The position numbers and the translations under genes are program-made. A stretch of DNA of 62,172 bases, filler included, from Sphacelaria rigidula (taxonomy: Eukaryota): NCBI GenBank assembly GCA_964200075.2. It is 6 parts of 6 records of this genome, joined end to end, with 100 filler letters (N's around TTAATTAATTAA, not from the genome) between each part and the next. Parts side by side here need not be neighbours in the genome. Positions count along the whole stretch, not along the records: positions 31,138 to 41,416 come from CAXNAA020006806.1; positions 41,517 to 51,794 come from CAXNAA020006807.1; 4 more parts are not named here. One strand, 5' to 3'. Every line of letters starts with the position of its first letter. Positions within the stretch are counted from its first letter, which is position 1. The notes beneath the pieces were generated by a model. That model worked only from the letters and a program-made list of their open reading frames with translations, searched no databases and was not told where the DNA came from. Of the stretch, positions 37,555 to 48,249 are shown piece by piece.

Positions 37555-38331
37555 GATTAGCGGAATAATTGCGATATCTTTGGTTTGGCGTGCGATGATC
37601 GCGCATTCATTTTTGTCATCGGCGCCACGCTGGCTCATTGTCTTGTAGTTCAGGGTTTATGAGATCAGACGCACTGGTGCAGGCGCTGGCACAGTCACGC
37701 AAACCGCGACCTCGGAAATTGCAGTTGATTGAAGTGTTGGCGCAGCGACTGAAAGCGTCGCGCTAAGCAGACCGCGGGAGAAGGAAATTCCACAACGGGG
37801 AGCATCCGTTCTAAATGCTGATGTAGAGACAGTGTAAAATACCATCCAATAGTTTGACGGAGTACGGCCATACGTCAAAGCTCGCGCGAAACGGGCCTCT
37901 CTTACTCTCAACGTTTATGACTGAACCGGCGAGAGAGTTGGGGGTTCATGGAGCTTCAGACGAATTCTAATTCCGTCCGCGAGGCCCTCAAGGTTTTGCG
38001 GACGACGCAGCAGCGGGCTGTGAAGGCGGTGACGTATATTTTTCACCACAAGAGGCGATCGTCGAGTTACTTTTGTGCTGGACTGAAGCAGTCTGCATTC
38101 CATCAACGGAGGCGTAAGGCACCTTGCGATTTGGATAGGCACACGGAAACACCGACAGCATCAGTGCCAGGAACTGCTCGGGATCGCTATTTCGGACGCA
38201 TACGACTGATATATGGCACCTGTAGGGCCACTATGGTGTTTAGTTACTATGGTATTGGAAACTAAAAAGTTCAATTCGCGAAGAAAATCCGCGAAAGGAA
38301 CAATCATGTCTATTCCGAACAAAGTCGTTGA

Positions 38332-38588
38332 GAGTCATGCTACGATAGGAGGGAGGGGTGTTCGATTCCACGAAAAAATGGGTTCATTGGTGCATTAGAC
38401 GACCAAACACACTCGCGCTGCGCTTGTGTTTGGATAAATGTGGTGTCAAACAGTATGAATGAGCGTTATAAATTTGAAGCGAGCGCGTTTGAAGTACCGT
38501 TGTTACTATCGACGACGATTGCAAGTAGAATTTCGTGGGAGAAAACGGCCCGAAATACCCCCCCCCCCCCCCTATCGTAGCACGACTC
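38332..38588. mobile_element. MITE family B (Sola-like GAG...CTC termini), 4-bp TSD TTGA
   Basis: GAGTCATGCTACGATAGG and CCTATCGTAGCACGACTC, with TTGA at 38328-38331 and 38589-38592. It interrupts Gypsy gag. Confidence 0.85.
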
Positions 38589-40515
38589 TTGAATAGGACT
38601 TCCTCGTGCGCTCCGATCGAAGTACCCAGTCAGACGCCTCCCTAGATCAGTGAGTAACGGCGAGCATGTCTTGCCCGTTAGAAGGCCCGGATCCATCGGG
38701 ACGAGGGAGACGTCGACGATCTGCGTCAAAGAAGCCGCAGCGTCGGGCGAACGACGATCGATTGAGCTGTGCACGGCTTTGTGCAGCGGGGTCTGCCAGC
38801 CATCCACCCAAATGGGGTCTGCACAGCGTTGGGCGCCCGTGGTGTCTGCCAACTGAACGATATTTCGAACGGTGGGGCAAACAGATGTGATGGGATCAGC
38901 AGAATATTGGCCAGAATCTTTGTTGTCGGCTGCGGGCATGGGTTTAAGTCGCAAAGGTTCTGTACATCTATCTGAATGAACTTCGTGAATGATTGCTACT
39001 CGAGCAGACTCGACTTTAGCGGCACTTGCTACTGCACGAGCTTTGGCCTGTTCTTGATCGGCCGCGGGGGCGGCTAGAAAACGGGCAGACGTGAAGCAAT
39101 GGACGATACGGTCTGTCATTACTTGAAATACCTAGTATTTGGCCCGAAACATCAGTCACACGAGGTATGACTTGCCTTGGTGCAGGTGACATCGAAAGGG
39201 GCGGATCCGTGGCGGACCTGTTCCGGGGCTCCCCGGAGAAAGAACCAGAACAGCCGCCACCTCGTATTTTCCAGTTCGAACCGCGGCTATTGTGACCTAG
39301 GTTCTACGGGTTGGACCCACCCAGTGAGGGCGCTATATTTCCTTCGCCTCGTCCAGAGCCCCCGCCGCCGTTATCGTCATCCTCGTTTTAATATTCCTGG
39401 TTATTTTGGTAACCAGCGCTCATAGGATTCGAGCGTCGACGTCGGCGGTCGCAGTCTGGAAATCTTCATTTAGCACTTCGAAGATGGCATAAACCGCGCG
39501 CTTCTACTCCGGTGCGTTGGACCCACGACTGATCGCCATCTACGGTACGATATTGCCGAGGATGATGAAGGAAGAGCCATCGCTAGGAACGAGGCCGCCG
39601 TGCTCAAGGTATGTATGGAGCGATTACGAAGTGGAGCGGCAGAGTCGAAGTGGATCAGGCGCTTTCTGACACCTCGGGGAGTTCTTGAAACTATACTTCC
39701 GGCTGAGGTCGTCGACGGTTTAGTCAAGCCCTGAGCGCTCATACTTGATCATGATGAGAAGTGGGGGTGCGTGTGATGGGTGTTACTTCCGGCGCCGGTG
39801 TCAGTGGTGGCGGGAGGCGGTGGTGGGGCACGGTTGGTGTTGGAGGCGGCAGCTGAGATGTAGGTTGGCCGGTCTGACTTACGCAGTATGCGGTAGGCCG
39901 AGTCTCCATCGATGGTCGGAGGCGGGGCAACCGAAGTAGCAGAGGCTGGTCGAATCTGGCGGGGCTGCGGGGAAACCTGACGACCGCCGTGCAGATTGGT
40001 CGTCGCGCGCCGAGATGCGCGGTATGTGTTCAACATGACTGTAGGCACTATCGCTTTGTCAGCGCTCCGCCAGACGTGATTCTTCATTTCCACCAAGCGT
40101 TGTTGGCTGGCCTTGGCCGCCGAAAGACCCCCCGCAAGGGCTCGTCTGGCAACGGCATTGGATGTTTGAGCCGTAGCGACCTCTCGTTGTAGGTCCCTGG
40201 TATCATCAAGGGATTTGCCGGTACTGCACCAGGCTCCGGGACGTGGACGACGTCGCCCCCTCGCCCCCCGCCCTCCACCCTCTGCACCCCCACCAGGCCT
40301 CCGCCCTTTCCCCCGAAATCGAATTTGGACACTCCGGGGGCTTATGTGAACACTATTTTTATGATGCCCTTCAGGTGCATCCGAGGCGAACCACGACAAG
40401 GTGGAATCGAGTTTCCATGAGGTCACTAGACCTTCAAAAATTTGCATATGATATTTCTACAGTTGAATCAAGTATCCTCAACCACGTAGTCTCAATGGTG
40501 CCGGGGGCCATGGAT

Positions 40516-40876
40516 CATCGTCCAACCTCATATCTGGGATATATCGTATTAGTACGGCATATCCAACTGGGATGCCACATTCTTTTGTATTTTGTCAAGA
40601 TTTCGATTTCCAGGTGAAATATGCATCTGGGATATGGACACCCGTCTGGGATATGGATTTCCATCTGAGAAGCATATCTGGGTTGTCTGTGAGTCATTTC
40701 AATCTCGAAGATCTATGTAGGATATCCAAAGTATATCCTAGATGGATATGCCCGTATGCCAGATGGATATCCCAGATTGACATCCTACACGAATATCGCG
40801 ATATCCCAGATGTATTTGATCTCCCGAATCGATATTTCTGATGAACGCGCATTTGCTAGACGGAGGTTATATGATG
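40516..40876. mobile_element. MITE-like element with internal ATCTGGGATAT / ATATCCCAGAT motifs
   Basis: Imperfect TIRs CATCGTCCAACCTC and GAGGTTATATGATG. The internal motif switches orientation midway. Confidence 0.55.
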
Positions 40877-40980
40877 ATGTGATACTGTACTACTGCCCCG
40901 GTGACACCACCATGATTGCTGCGGGGACGTTCAGTCTGAGCTGTGTTCAGCATAATAATGTCGATCATCAAGTGTCGTGT

Positions 40981-41229
40981 GACACTTTCTACGATAGCCC
41001 CTCCAATTCCAGCGTAAAAGCATCACGAAAAAAATGGACATACAGCGCCTGATGTTTGGTTTCAGGCCGCATAAAACGCCCCATATTGGCGACATTGGCG
41101 GGAACAAACCCAAGCATGGGAATTCCCAGCCGCTCATTGTGTTCGGCTTTCCCCATTTCAATTTACTTGAAGATTTTGCCCACCAAAAACATGCACTTTT
41201 GGGAGGCGGGAGCTATCGTAAAAAGTGTC
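40981..41229. mobile_element. MITE family A, opposite orientation; partial copies at 31138-31185, 41321-41416 and from 48084
   Basis: GACACTTTCTACGATAGCCCC and GGAGCTATCGTAAAAAGTGTC. The interior is the reverse complement of 37298-37554. Flanks are GTGT and GTTT. Confidence 0.85.
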
Positions 41230-41516
41230 GTTTGTGTCCATGAAGCGAACTCGGTTCATGCAAGTGGGAACACAGTTAATGAGTAGGCAGGTGCAGTTCA
41301 GGGATCATACCGTTTGTGCGGACACTTTTTACGATACCCCCCCCCCCCCCCCCCCCCCCACACAAAACACAGCTTGGGGGGGGGGGAGGACGCACAAAAA
41401 GAGAGGAAGAAAAAAANNNNNNNNNNNNNNNNNNNNNNNNNNNNNNNNNNNNNNNNNNNNTTAATTAATTAANNNNNNNNNNNNNNNNNNNNNNNNNNNN
41501 NNNNNNNNNNNNNNNN

Positions 41517-41590
41517 TCCGGGAATCGAACCCCACAACTCAACCATCAGAAGGTTACGAGGTTACCAACTGAGCCACCGGGGCGACCGGT
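41517..41590 (-). mobile_element. tRNA-derived SINE head, cut by the contig edge
   Basis: Minus strand GGTCGCCCCGGTGGCTCAGTTGGTAACCTCGTAACCTTCTGATGGTTGAGTTGTGGGGTTCGATTCCCGGA contains A-box TGGCTCAGTTGG and B-box GGTTCGATTCC. Confidence 0.7.
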
Positions 41591-42624
41591 CCATATATAT
41601 ACAACCGAGAATCTATTGCGGTACACGATTTCCATCGATGGCGAGTGATCTTTATCTATTGTAATTGCCGTAGGCTATCGATCGACTATTGCAACATCTA
41701 TTGTTCCTTGCAATACATATCACTAGATGTGTTTCACCATCTATCCTGTTCGATAATATATATCGATAGATTTTTCCCCGTGTCTATTGCTGAAGCAATG
41801 AACTATTATTGTGTCTACTGTCTAGGGTGTGGAAATTTGTATATCATGGTGTGAACATCTTTGTTTTAAGATCACCGTACAGAAATTGGTGAAACAGTAG
41901 CCGGTAACGGCAGTCCTAAAATAAACTGGATAAACTGGCACCCTCTTTACCAGTCTCAGTTGAGCTCCAGTTCCATTCTAATCTAGAGTATAAACCGGTC
42001 TTGTTTATAGCCCGAAATTTTTACCTTCCGATATGGCGCGCCCCTGAAGACATGGCCTTGGCAAACCCTCATTCCTTTTTTAAGCTTTCATGTGCATCTG
42101 AGCTTGATTCTCGTGTTTGGAATAATCGACACATGAGAGGACGATATCCCGACTATATCGCCCCGGGGCGTAGCGCCGGGGCGCTTTTTTTTTGTTTTAG
42201 TCGAAACCGGAAGCCGGCCCCGTGGCCTCGAGTATTTTCTCTTCAACTGCGCTACTGGAGGGGGAGGTGACGTCTACTATTACAAGGCTTACTAGTAATA
42301 TTTCAAATAGTCGTGAGGATCACTTGTTGACTGCCACGGCAGCAAGTCCATGGCTCCAAAACATGGCTGGTGCAGAATGTGTGAACTCCACATCGGGGGA
42401 GAGAAGGGTTGATCGCTTGAGAGCACCGACTCCTCTCGGGAAAGGGAAGGGGTTCAAAGGTATGATGCAAGACAAAACGATTCCAAGTGTCGTACAATAA
42501 ATTCGATCCGTCTATCAGAGCTTGAAATATTGGACCTCGTACCTCGTATGCCCGCCACATCGCCATGTGTGTGTTGCGTTCCCTACAACTGTTTCGGATG
42601 TTGTTGTTGTTGTTGTTGTTTTAG

Positions 42625-42696
42625 GTTAGCGTCACGACTCGAGGTGAACATGTGGTGTGCTGTCTGGGAGAGCTGCACCTGGAGCAGAGCCTGAAG
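42625..42696 (+). CDS. EFL1: Elongation factor-like GTPase 1 (EFL1/Ria1, eEF2 family), domain III exon
   Basis: tag|GTT AGC...CTG AAG|gtggg encodes VSVTTRGEHVVCCLGELHLEQSLK, matching the family motif GEH.....GELHLE..LK. Confidence 0.88.
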
Positions 42697-43374
42697 GTGG
42701 GTAGTGTTTTTGGTTTCTCACGAGCATTCTCGATCATTACAGGTGTGCTAGGCGTCCCCTCTATACGTTGACGAAGTGTGTGGGTTTTGTCGCTTGGCTG
42801 GCTGTGACTTTACTGTGTGTAGCGTTCTCGGACCCGATGTGGTATTTTGAGCAGGGTTGAGTGGCATCTAGCGGCAGCATCCCGCGGAAACAATCCTTCT
42901 GGTTGAGAGGCCATTGTTTTACGTCGCTTCCCCTGTGTGGGTGTTAGCGCCACGAGCACTTGTGTACAGAGGCACCAAGCTCCGCTAGAAAAGCACCCTG
43001 GAGACAAAATAGCACGTTGTGAACAACGATCTTTCACCGTGACACGGCTATAATTCGCTGCGTAGCGGTAAACCCAGTCTCCTTCAGTATCCTCCAACAC
43101 ACACCACCAAGTAGGCGTTGTGGAAACCTTTTGTTTTTTGCTATCTTCCTTCCCCTTGTTGCCATGTTTTGTTTCTGCCGCCTTCCCGTGCAACACGACA
43201 ATGAGGGCCGGTGTTATTAGTAGCGATGGCCAGGTCTAGGACCCCGACACTGCACTACAACAATGAAATGATGGGGCAAACAGGTGGCAAACAGGTGGGC
43301 ATTGTACCATCGCAACGCAGTGTCAACCGGTAAAGTCACAAACGTATTTTGCGTATAAAATCTACCATCCTCAG

Positions 43375-43461
43375 GACCTTAGGGAACGGTACGCGGGCGT
43401 GGAGGTGAAGGCGTCTCTGCCTCTGGTACCCTTCCGGGAAACGGCCGTCGCTCCGGGACAG
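43375..43461 (+). CDS. EFL1: EFL1/Ria1, next exon
   Basis: cag|GAC CTT...GGA CAG|gtgcg encodes DLRERYAGVEVKASLPLVPFRETAVAPGQ. DLRER and VPFRET are EFL1-like. Confidence 0.88.
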
Positions 43462-43544
43462 GTGCGCGCAGGCCATCATTGTGCCCCCCCCCCCTGTTTT
43501 CCCGTCATATTGTGAAGTCTTCCCCGTGTTCGGAACGAGTCCTC

Positions 43545-44560
43545 AGTGTCAGAGGATACACTCATTTCTCCCCCAGTAACTTGCCTCCCACTTCATTACC
43601 GAGCATTTGGGGATAAGAACTCCTGCAGCCTGTCAAGTTTGGTTGAATTTGTTCGCCAGCGCAATATAATGCCTCAGGTCATGTTCATACTATCACGAGT
43701 GCACATGAGCAGAGAGCTTCATGGCCGTCCCAGTATGAAGCTTCCACCTATCCATCACTTGTTCATCCTATTTCGGTTGATCTCAGAAACGAGTATAGGT
43801 CATAGTACCGGGAAGTCAATACTGCGTGGCGATATCGGGTCTTCCTCCAGCCTTGAGTCTTGCTTCCCAGCAGTGAAGATTGTCCGACATAACTTGGCAG
43901 CCGGGACTTCCTTAGCAAACTTGTCCCAGTGCTGCAAAGGTACGGCGGTACGTCTATGTCTGTATCGGTAGAGAGAGCAGGCAGTCTCGCGGGTGAGGTT
44001 GCATTTCACCCTCGAGGGGAAACAGGTGATGGATGTTGATAGGATTTGATGTGCTGATGATGTTGGACGGGCGAGGCGGGATTGGCGTAGAGCACAGAAC
44101 CCCCCCAAGTATGTAGTGGCGATAAAGCCAACCTATAGAGGAAAATATGGAAGACCTACAATCCACATCAATAAAAGCACATTTATGATGAGGAATGCTG
44201 CACAAAAACATGGATCATCTCGTGCTTTCTCATTCCTCGTCCCCACCCCCAATCGGGCCTGATAGCAATTTGTTTTGTTTCGGTCGGTGAATGCATGCAA
44301 GAAGCCGAGAGGTCCGAAGAGGTAGATCTTCGCGTAGTGTGTGCCCAAGTGTCCGTTTGCCAGATCCACTTGCAGAGGGTAAATACGAATTATGCGAAGA
44401 AGCTCCGCATGCGCCTCGAGGCAAGGATCTTGGAACCGCGGGGCGTCGATCACGGCAGCAGCCGGAAACCGTATGATGGCACGTACGGTACAGTGCTTGC
44501 TGAACATGCACGCTGGGTATGATCCAGTGTCACATAGTATCTGACCCATTATGAACATAG
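43545..44560 (+). mobile_element. Possible highly decayed LINE 3' fragment in an EFL1 intron
   Basis: NTNYAKKLRMRL resembles the AKKLK.R motif of the LINE tails elsewhere in the window. Otherwise weak. Confidence 0.3.
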
Positions 44561-45722
44561 ATGTAGATAGATGTATCCGACTTGAATACTGTAGATGAAA
44601 ACACTCGATCGTCGGCGGAAACCCGAGAGAGAAAAATGAAGAACGGTAAGAGAGTAGAGTAAGCTGAAAACGGGGGGAAAATGGAGAGAACAACTGAAGA
44701 AAAAGAGGAAATTATTAACAAGAACAAGATGCTGGGGTGAGATGTACGGCCGGCCCCGCGAACAACAGTGCGGCAGCCCCCTACCCCTGCCGCATGTACA
44801 GCCAGGGAGACCGTTCTAGAACAGCGCAAGAGCACAAAACGAGAAGCCGTGGGCGTGAATCGCGATTCAGCCAACTGAGAAACACACTATTTGCGGAGCT
44901 CGCGTGGGAGCTCTGTAGGAACGACACGTAAACGCTGTACAGTATTAAGAAAACTAGAAGGCCTATTTGTAAGAAATTCAACAAGAGGAAGAAGGATAAG
45001 AGAACAGGAACCTCGAGATGATGGAGGACATGAACAGGAACACAAGTAGGAAAGATAACATGGAAGATAACGTGGGTCAAGTAACGAACCAAGGTGAGCA
45101 GTCAAGAATCTCTCAGCAATCTCGTAGGACAAGACACAGGGGTATCACTTTCCACGTTACGCCTACCTCATTCTCTGATGCTTGGATAGAGGCAAAACGG
45201 GCCACTTCGTCGGTTACTTCCATGTTGGATTCCTCGCGGTTCTTGCTGTTGTTATTGTGCGACCGCTGGCGGCTTTCCTACCGGCGCCTCCCAGCGTAAT
45301 ATTCTGTGTTTTGACGTACATCTTCGAATCGCTACGCTTCCTCGATCTTGTCCGGACATTCCTCGACCTGCAGGTGCCATTTGCCTATCTTGCTCGCCAC
45401 AGTGACCCGATCGTTGACCTCCGTAGGGGGTATGAAACGTCTTCCTTCTTTGTCCCTTGCGCGAGAGAGCCCCTGAGACAGGGATGTTTTCCTGGAGGCG
45501 GCCCTCCCAGCGTTTGTAAGGCCGGCCAGTAGCACCGTCAAGCTCGGTTAGCTGCTAGCGACCGACGGTGAACAACCTAACGGGAAGACGTTGACAGAGA
45601 CAAGGCACAACGCGTACTTTCATCAGGGCTGATCAACGGTGTAACGATGGAGCTGTGGACCGAAGTCGTGCAATTGGTACAACGCCCGAACCCGATCATA
45701 ATCAGCACGTATATATATCCTA

Positions 45723-46244
45723 CAGTAGTGGGCGGTCTAACTATTCATTTTGTGGCATTTTGTGATTTTTTCGTAATTGGCGATTTTCTCGGGCTTTTTT
45801 TGCTTGCCGGACCCTGTCACATCGGAGATCTGAACATGTTGGTATTCGCTCCACATTCCAAGAAGAAAAAATCGTCTGTACTCAACATTGAGTGACTCAC
45901 GGGCTGACCGGTCATCGGGGTCCTGCCACGTTTCAACCCAGGCTCTTACTCTTATGTATTTTCGGTCGATCGAGCCCGTCCCGATCATATTTTCAAAGAA
46001 ATGTACAGTTGTGTTTTTTTTAAATTCTGCCTACTCAGTGCACTAGGGCCGAAAAACTGTGTTTCACGGTCAATAATACCCTCCGGACGAACGGGGTGTT
46101 TACTCGTTTTGCCCGCTAACACCAACTAACACTGACTTGGGCACTGTGTTTCAAAGATGATCTGTTTTTGTATCAAAATCCACCGACGTTAGTACGCGAG
46201 GCAAACCCCAAAACACCCCTAAATAGTTAGACCGCCCACTACTG
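45723..46244. mobile_element. Tc1/mariner-like MITE with TA TSD
   Basis: TA|CAGTAGTGGGCGGTCTAACTATT and AATAGTTAGACCGCCCACTACTG|TA form a perfect 23-bp TIR. Confidence 0.88.
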
Positions 46245-46592
46245 TAGACCACACGCACAAGCACACCGTTCATCATGGGAGCAGATTAATCGCCGGGTAC
46301 TGTATATGTGAACCTGGATCCGCCACCAGCCTGTTGCCGCCGGCGTGCGCCTGCTACTGGATCTATCCGTTACATGTGTGACCCTTGCAGCTCCTTCCAT
46401 TTGGCGCTCTACAAAAATATTTGTGCCGATTTTTGTAGAGTAGAGTACACTGCACTAATGCCCCGCTGCATCTCGACATATCCATGGGGGGAGGAAATGT
46501 ATCATACTCTCGTCTCGTCTAGTCTAGTCTACACTTCTCTACTCTACTTTACTCCACTCTATGGACATCGCACGTGGTTACTGTACGCGCAG

Positions 46593-46793
46593 GTGGTGAG
46601 TGAAGACGGATCAATCCTTCAGCCGCCGCAGCTGAAGATCGCGCCGTGGTCGGACGAGGAGGGCGTCAGTCTTGCAGACTACAAGACGGGGAGGATTCGC
46701 GTCCTAACCCCCGACAAGAGAGTTGCTCTCAGTTTGAGGTGCCTGCCGCTGCCGGAGGGCGTTGGAAGGCTCATTGAGGATCATCCTGGCGAG
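46593..46793 (+). CDS. EFL1: EFL1/Ria1, exon at the start of domain IV
   Basis: cag|GTG GTG...GGC GAG|gtgcg, 67 codons, includes TPDKRVALSLRCLPLPEGVGRLIE. Phase 0 is compatible with the previous exon. Confidence 0.85.
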
Positions 46794-48249
46794 GTGCGCT
46801 ACTTCTCTGACCGCTAAGTTTTCCAGGGATCTCGAGTGCAGGAGCACTCAAGTAAATGGGAATCAACTTACAAAAGTTGTCTGGAATGGGGTCAGGGTTA
46901 GAGTTGGAACAGGGGTTGGGGTTGACACTAGAATGAACATCTTCGCACTTAGACGTTCAACTTTCTCAAGAATTGGGAGTTCTTCACGAAACATGAGCCT
47001 TTTTGATAGAAAGTTCCTGGAGCCGCTTCGACTCGTGAACTGTTCTTGAGTAATTGAACAAGAAGGCGTGAATTCTCCCTCATAAAATCGACGACACATG
47101 CTGGAATCCATTGCGATTTTCAAGGGAGACTTCGGAAACGCAAACAGCCAGAACAAACAAAATCTTGACTGAAGGAGAACGTCTTGGGGAGATTATAAGT
47201 TTACCCTCTCTCAACGGTATACATGGTTGATTAGGTTCGGATCCTTTCGGAGGCCTTGCGGGAAGCGCGCTCTGCTTCGTCGGCTAAGGGATCGACGAGC
47301 AGCGAAGGAACGAGTGGTGAGGCCGCATACGGATACGGGAGAAGCAGGCATAAGGGCATCGGTCTACATGGTTTATCAAGGTAAGAAACCTCATTAACAT
47401 CCGTAATTTCTCCCTCATCATGCACGAACACTTTTGTACGCTCCATCGCTCGCCCATTGTCGAACAATCAGGTCGTCGTACGAGATGATCATCAGTCTTG
47501 ACGGGGTTTCATCTTTGGTTTGCTCTCTTGCGTAGTTTCACCGTCGCCGCTCTTTATTTCGACTTGTAACATCCGTTACAAATGTTCCCCTCATTTATTC
47601 ACCATGTCTTATTTTGACCTAAACGGGATGAGTATCTGGGAGTTTGCATGTGTGGGAGCGTGCGTGGCGACGTGCTACTTACTACACTGTAATGCGCATT
47701 TGCGTCGGAAAATGTGGGAAGGCGTGAGAGAGATAAGCGCATAACGCATTCATCTTTATCCCGAACATACCGTCGAATGTTGGCCTTTGGAAGCATATGC
47801 TCACTTGCATGTCAGGGAATCGGGCAGATTCATGGGTCGACCCTGAAGTAGCTCCGGTAGTCATTTTCCAGCAAGTGCATATGTTCTACTGTCCCATAAA
47901 TCTGGGTTGTAATGGGGTGCGTTCGTATATACTGAACGGAGGCGCTAAGGATGCCATGATCAGGATTGATGAAGAGATGAAATTATGGAGATGCTTACAG
48001 AACAAAAAAATAGAAGTGAGAAATGAAATGAATGGCGTACTCGTACACCATTTCGGGTCAGAATCGACCTGATTTTGACCCCTGACACTTTTTTACGATA
48101 GCTCCCCCCCCCAAAAAAAAAAACGTGACGAGCCTGGTCCGGCAAAAACCCGGCGTGCTCCGTCCCGACTTTGTAGGAATGCGAGGTCAATGGTCTTATG
48201 ACTATGGCATGCATGATCATGAGTACACCCCCCTGTCGTAGGATGACTC

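Larger units (their letters stand above)
32213..40400 (-). mobile_element. Ty3/Gypsy retrotransposon, second family, near full-length internal region, heavily decayed
   Basis: On the minus strand: gag (about 40400-37560, homologous to 48250-50135), protease DSGSP (about 35965), RT VILYVDDA (YVDD at 34238-34249), RNase H end YTIEHCPGETNVNANLFSRL, and integrase DYFGPLP...YIVLCTDGFS...EFTA..T...LSDH.QQ (about 32460-32213). Boundaries are approximate. Confidence 0.85.

Noticed and set aside
41517..41590. Functional tRNA gene
   Set aside because: The D- and T-arm pairing is poor, and the same head at 28536 continues into a long non-tRNA body, indicating a SINE.
47230..48072. Short plus-strand ORFs as further EFL1 exons
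   Set aside because: No eEF2/EFL1 similarity, and the frames are interrupted by stops.
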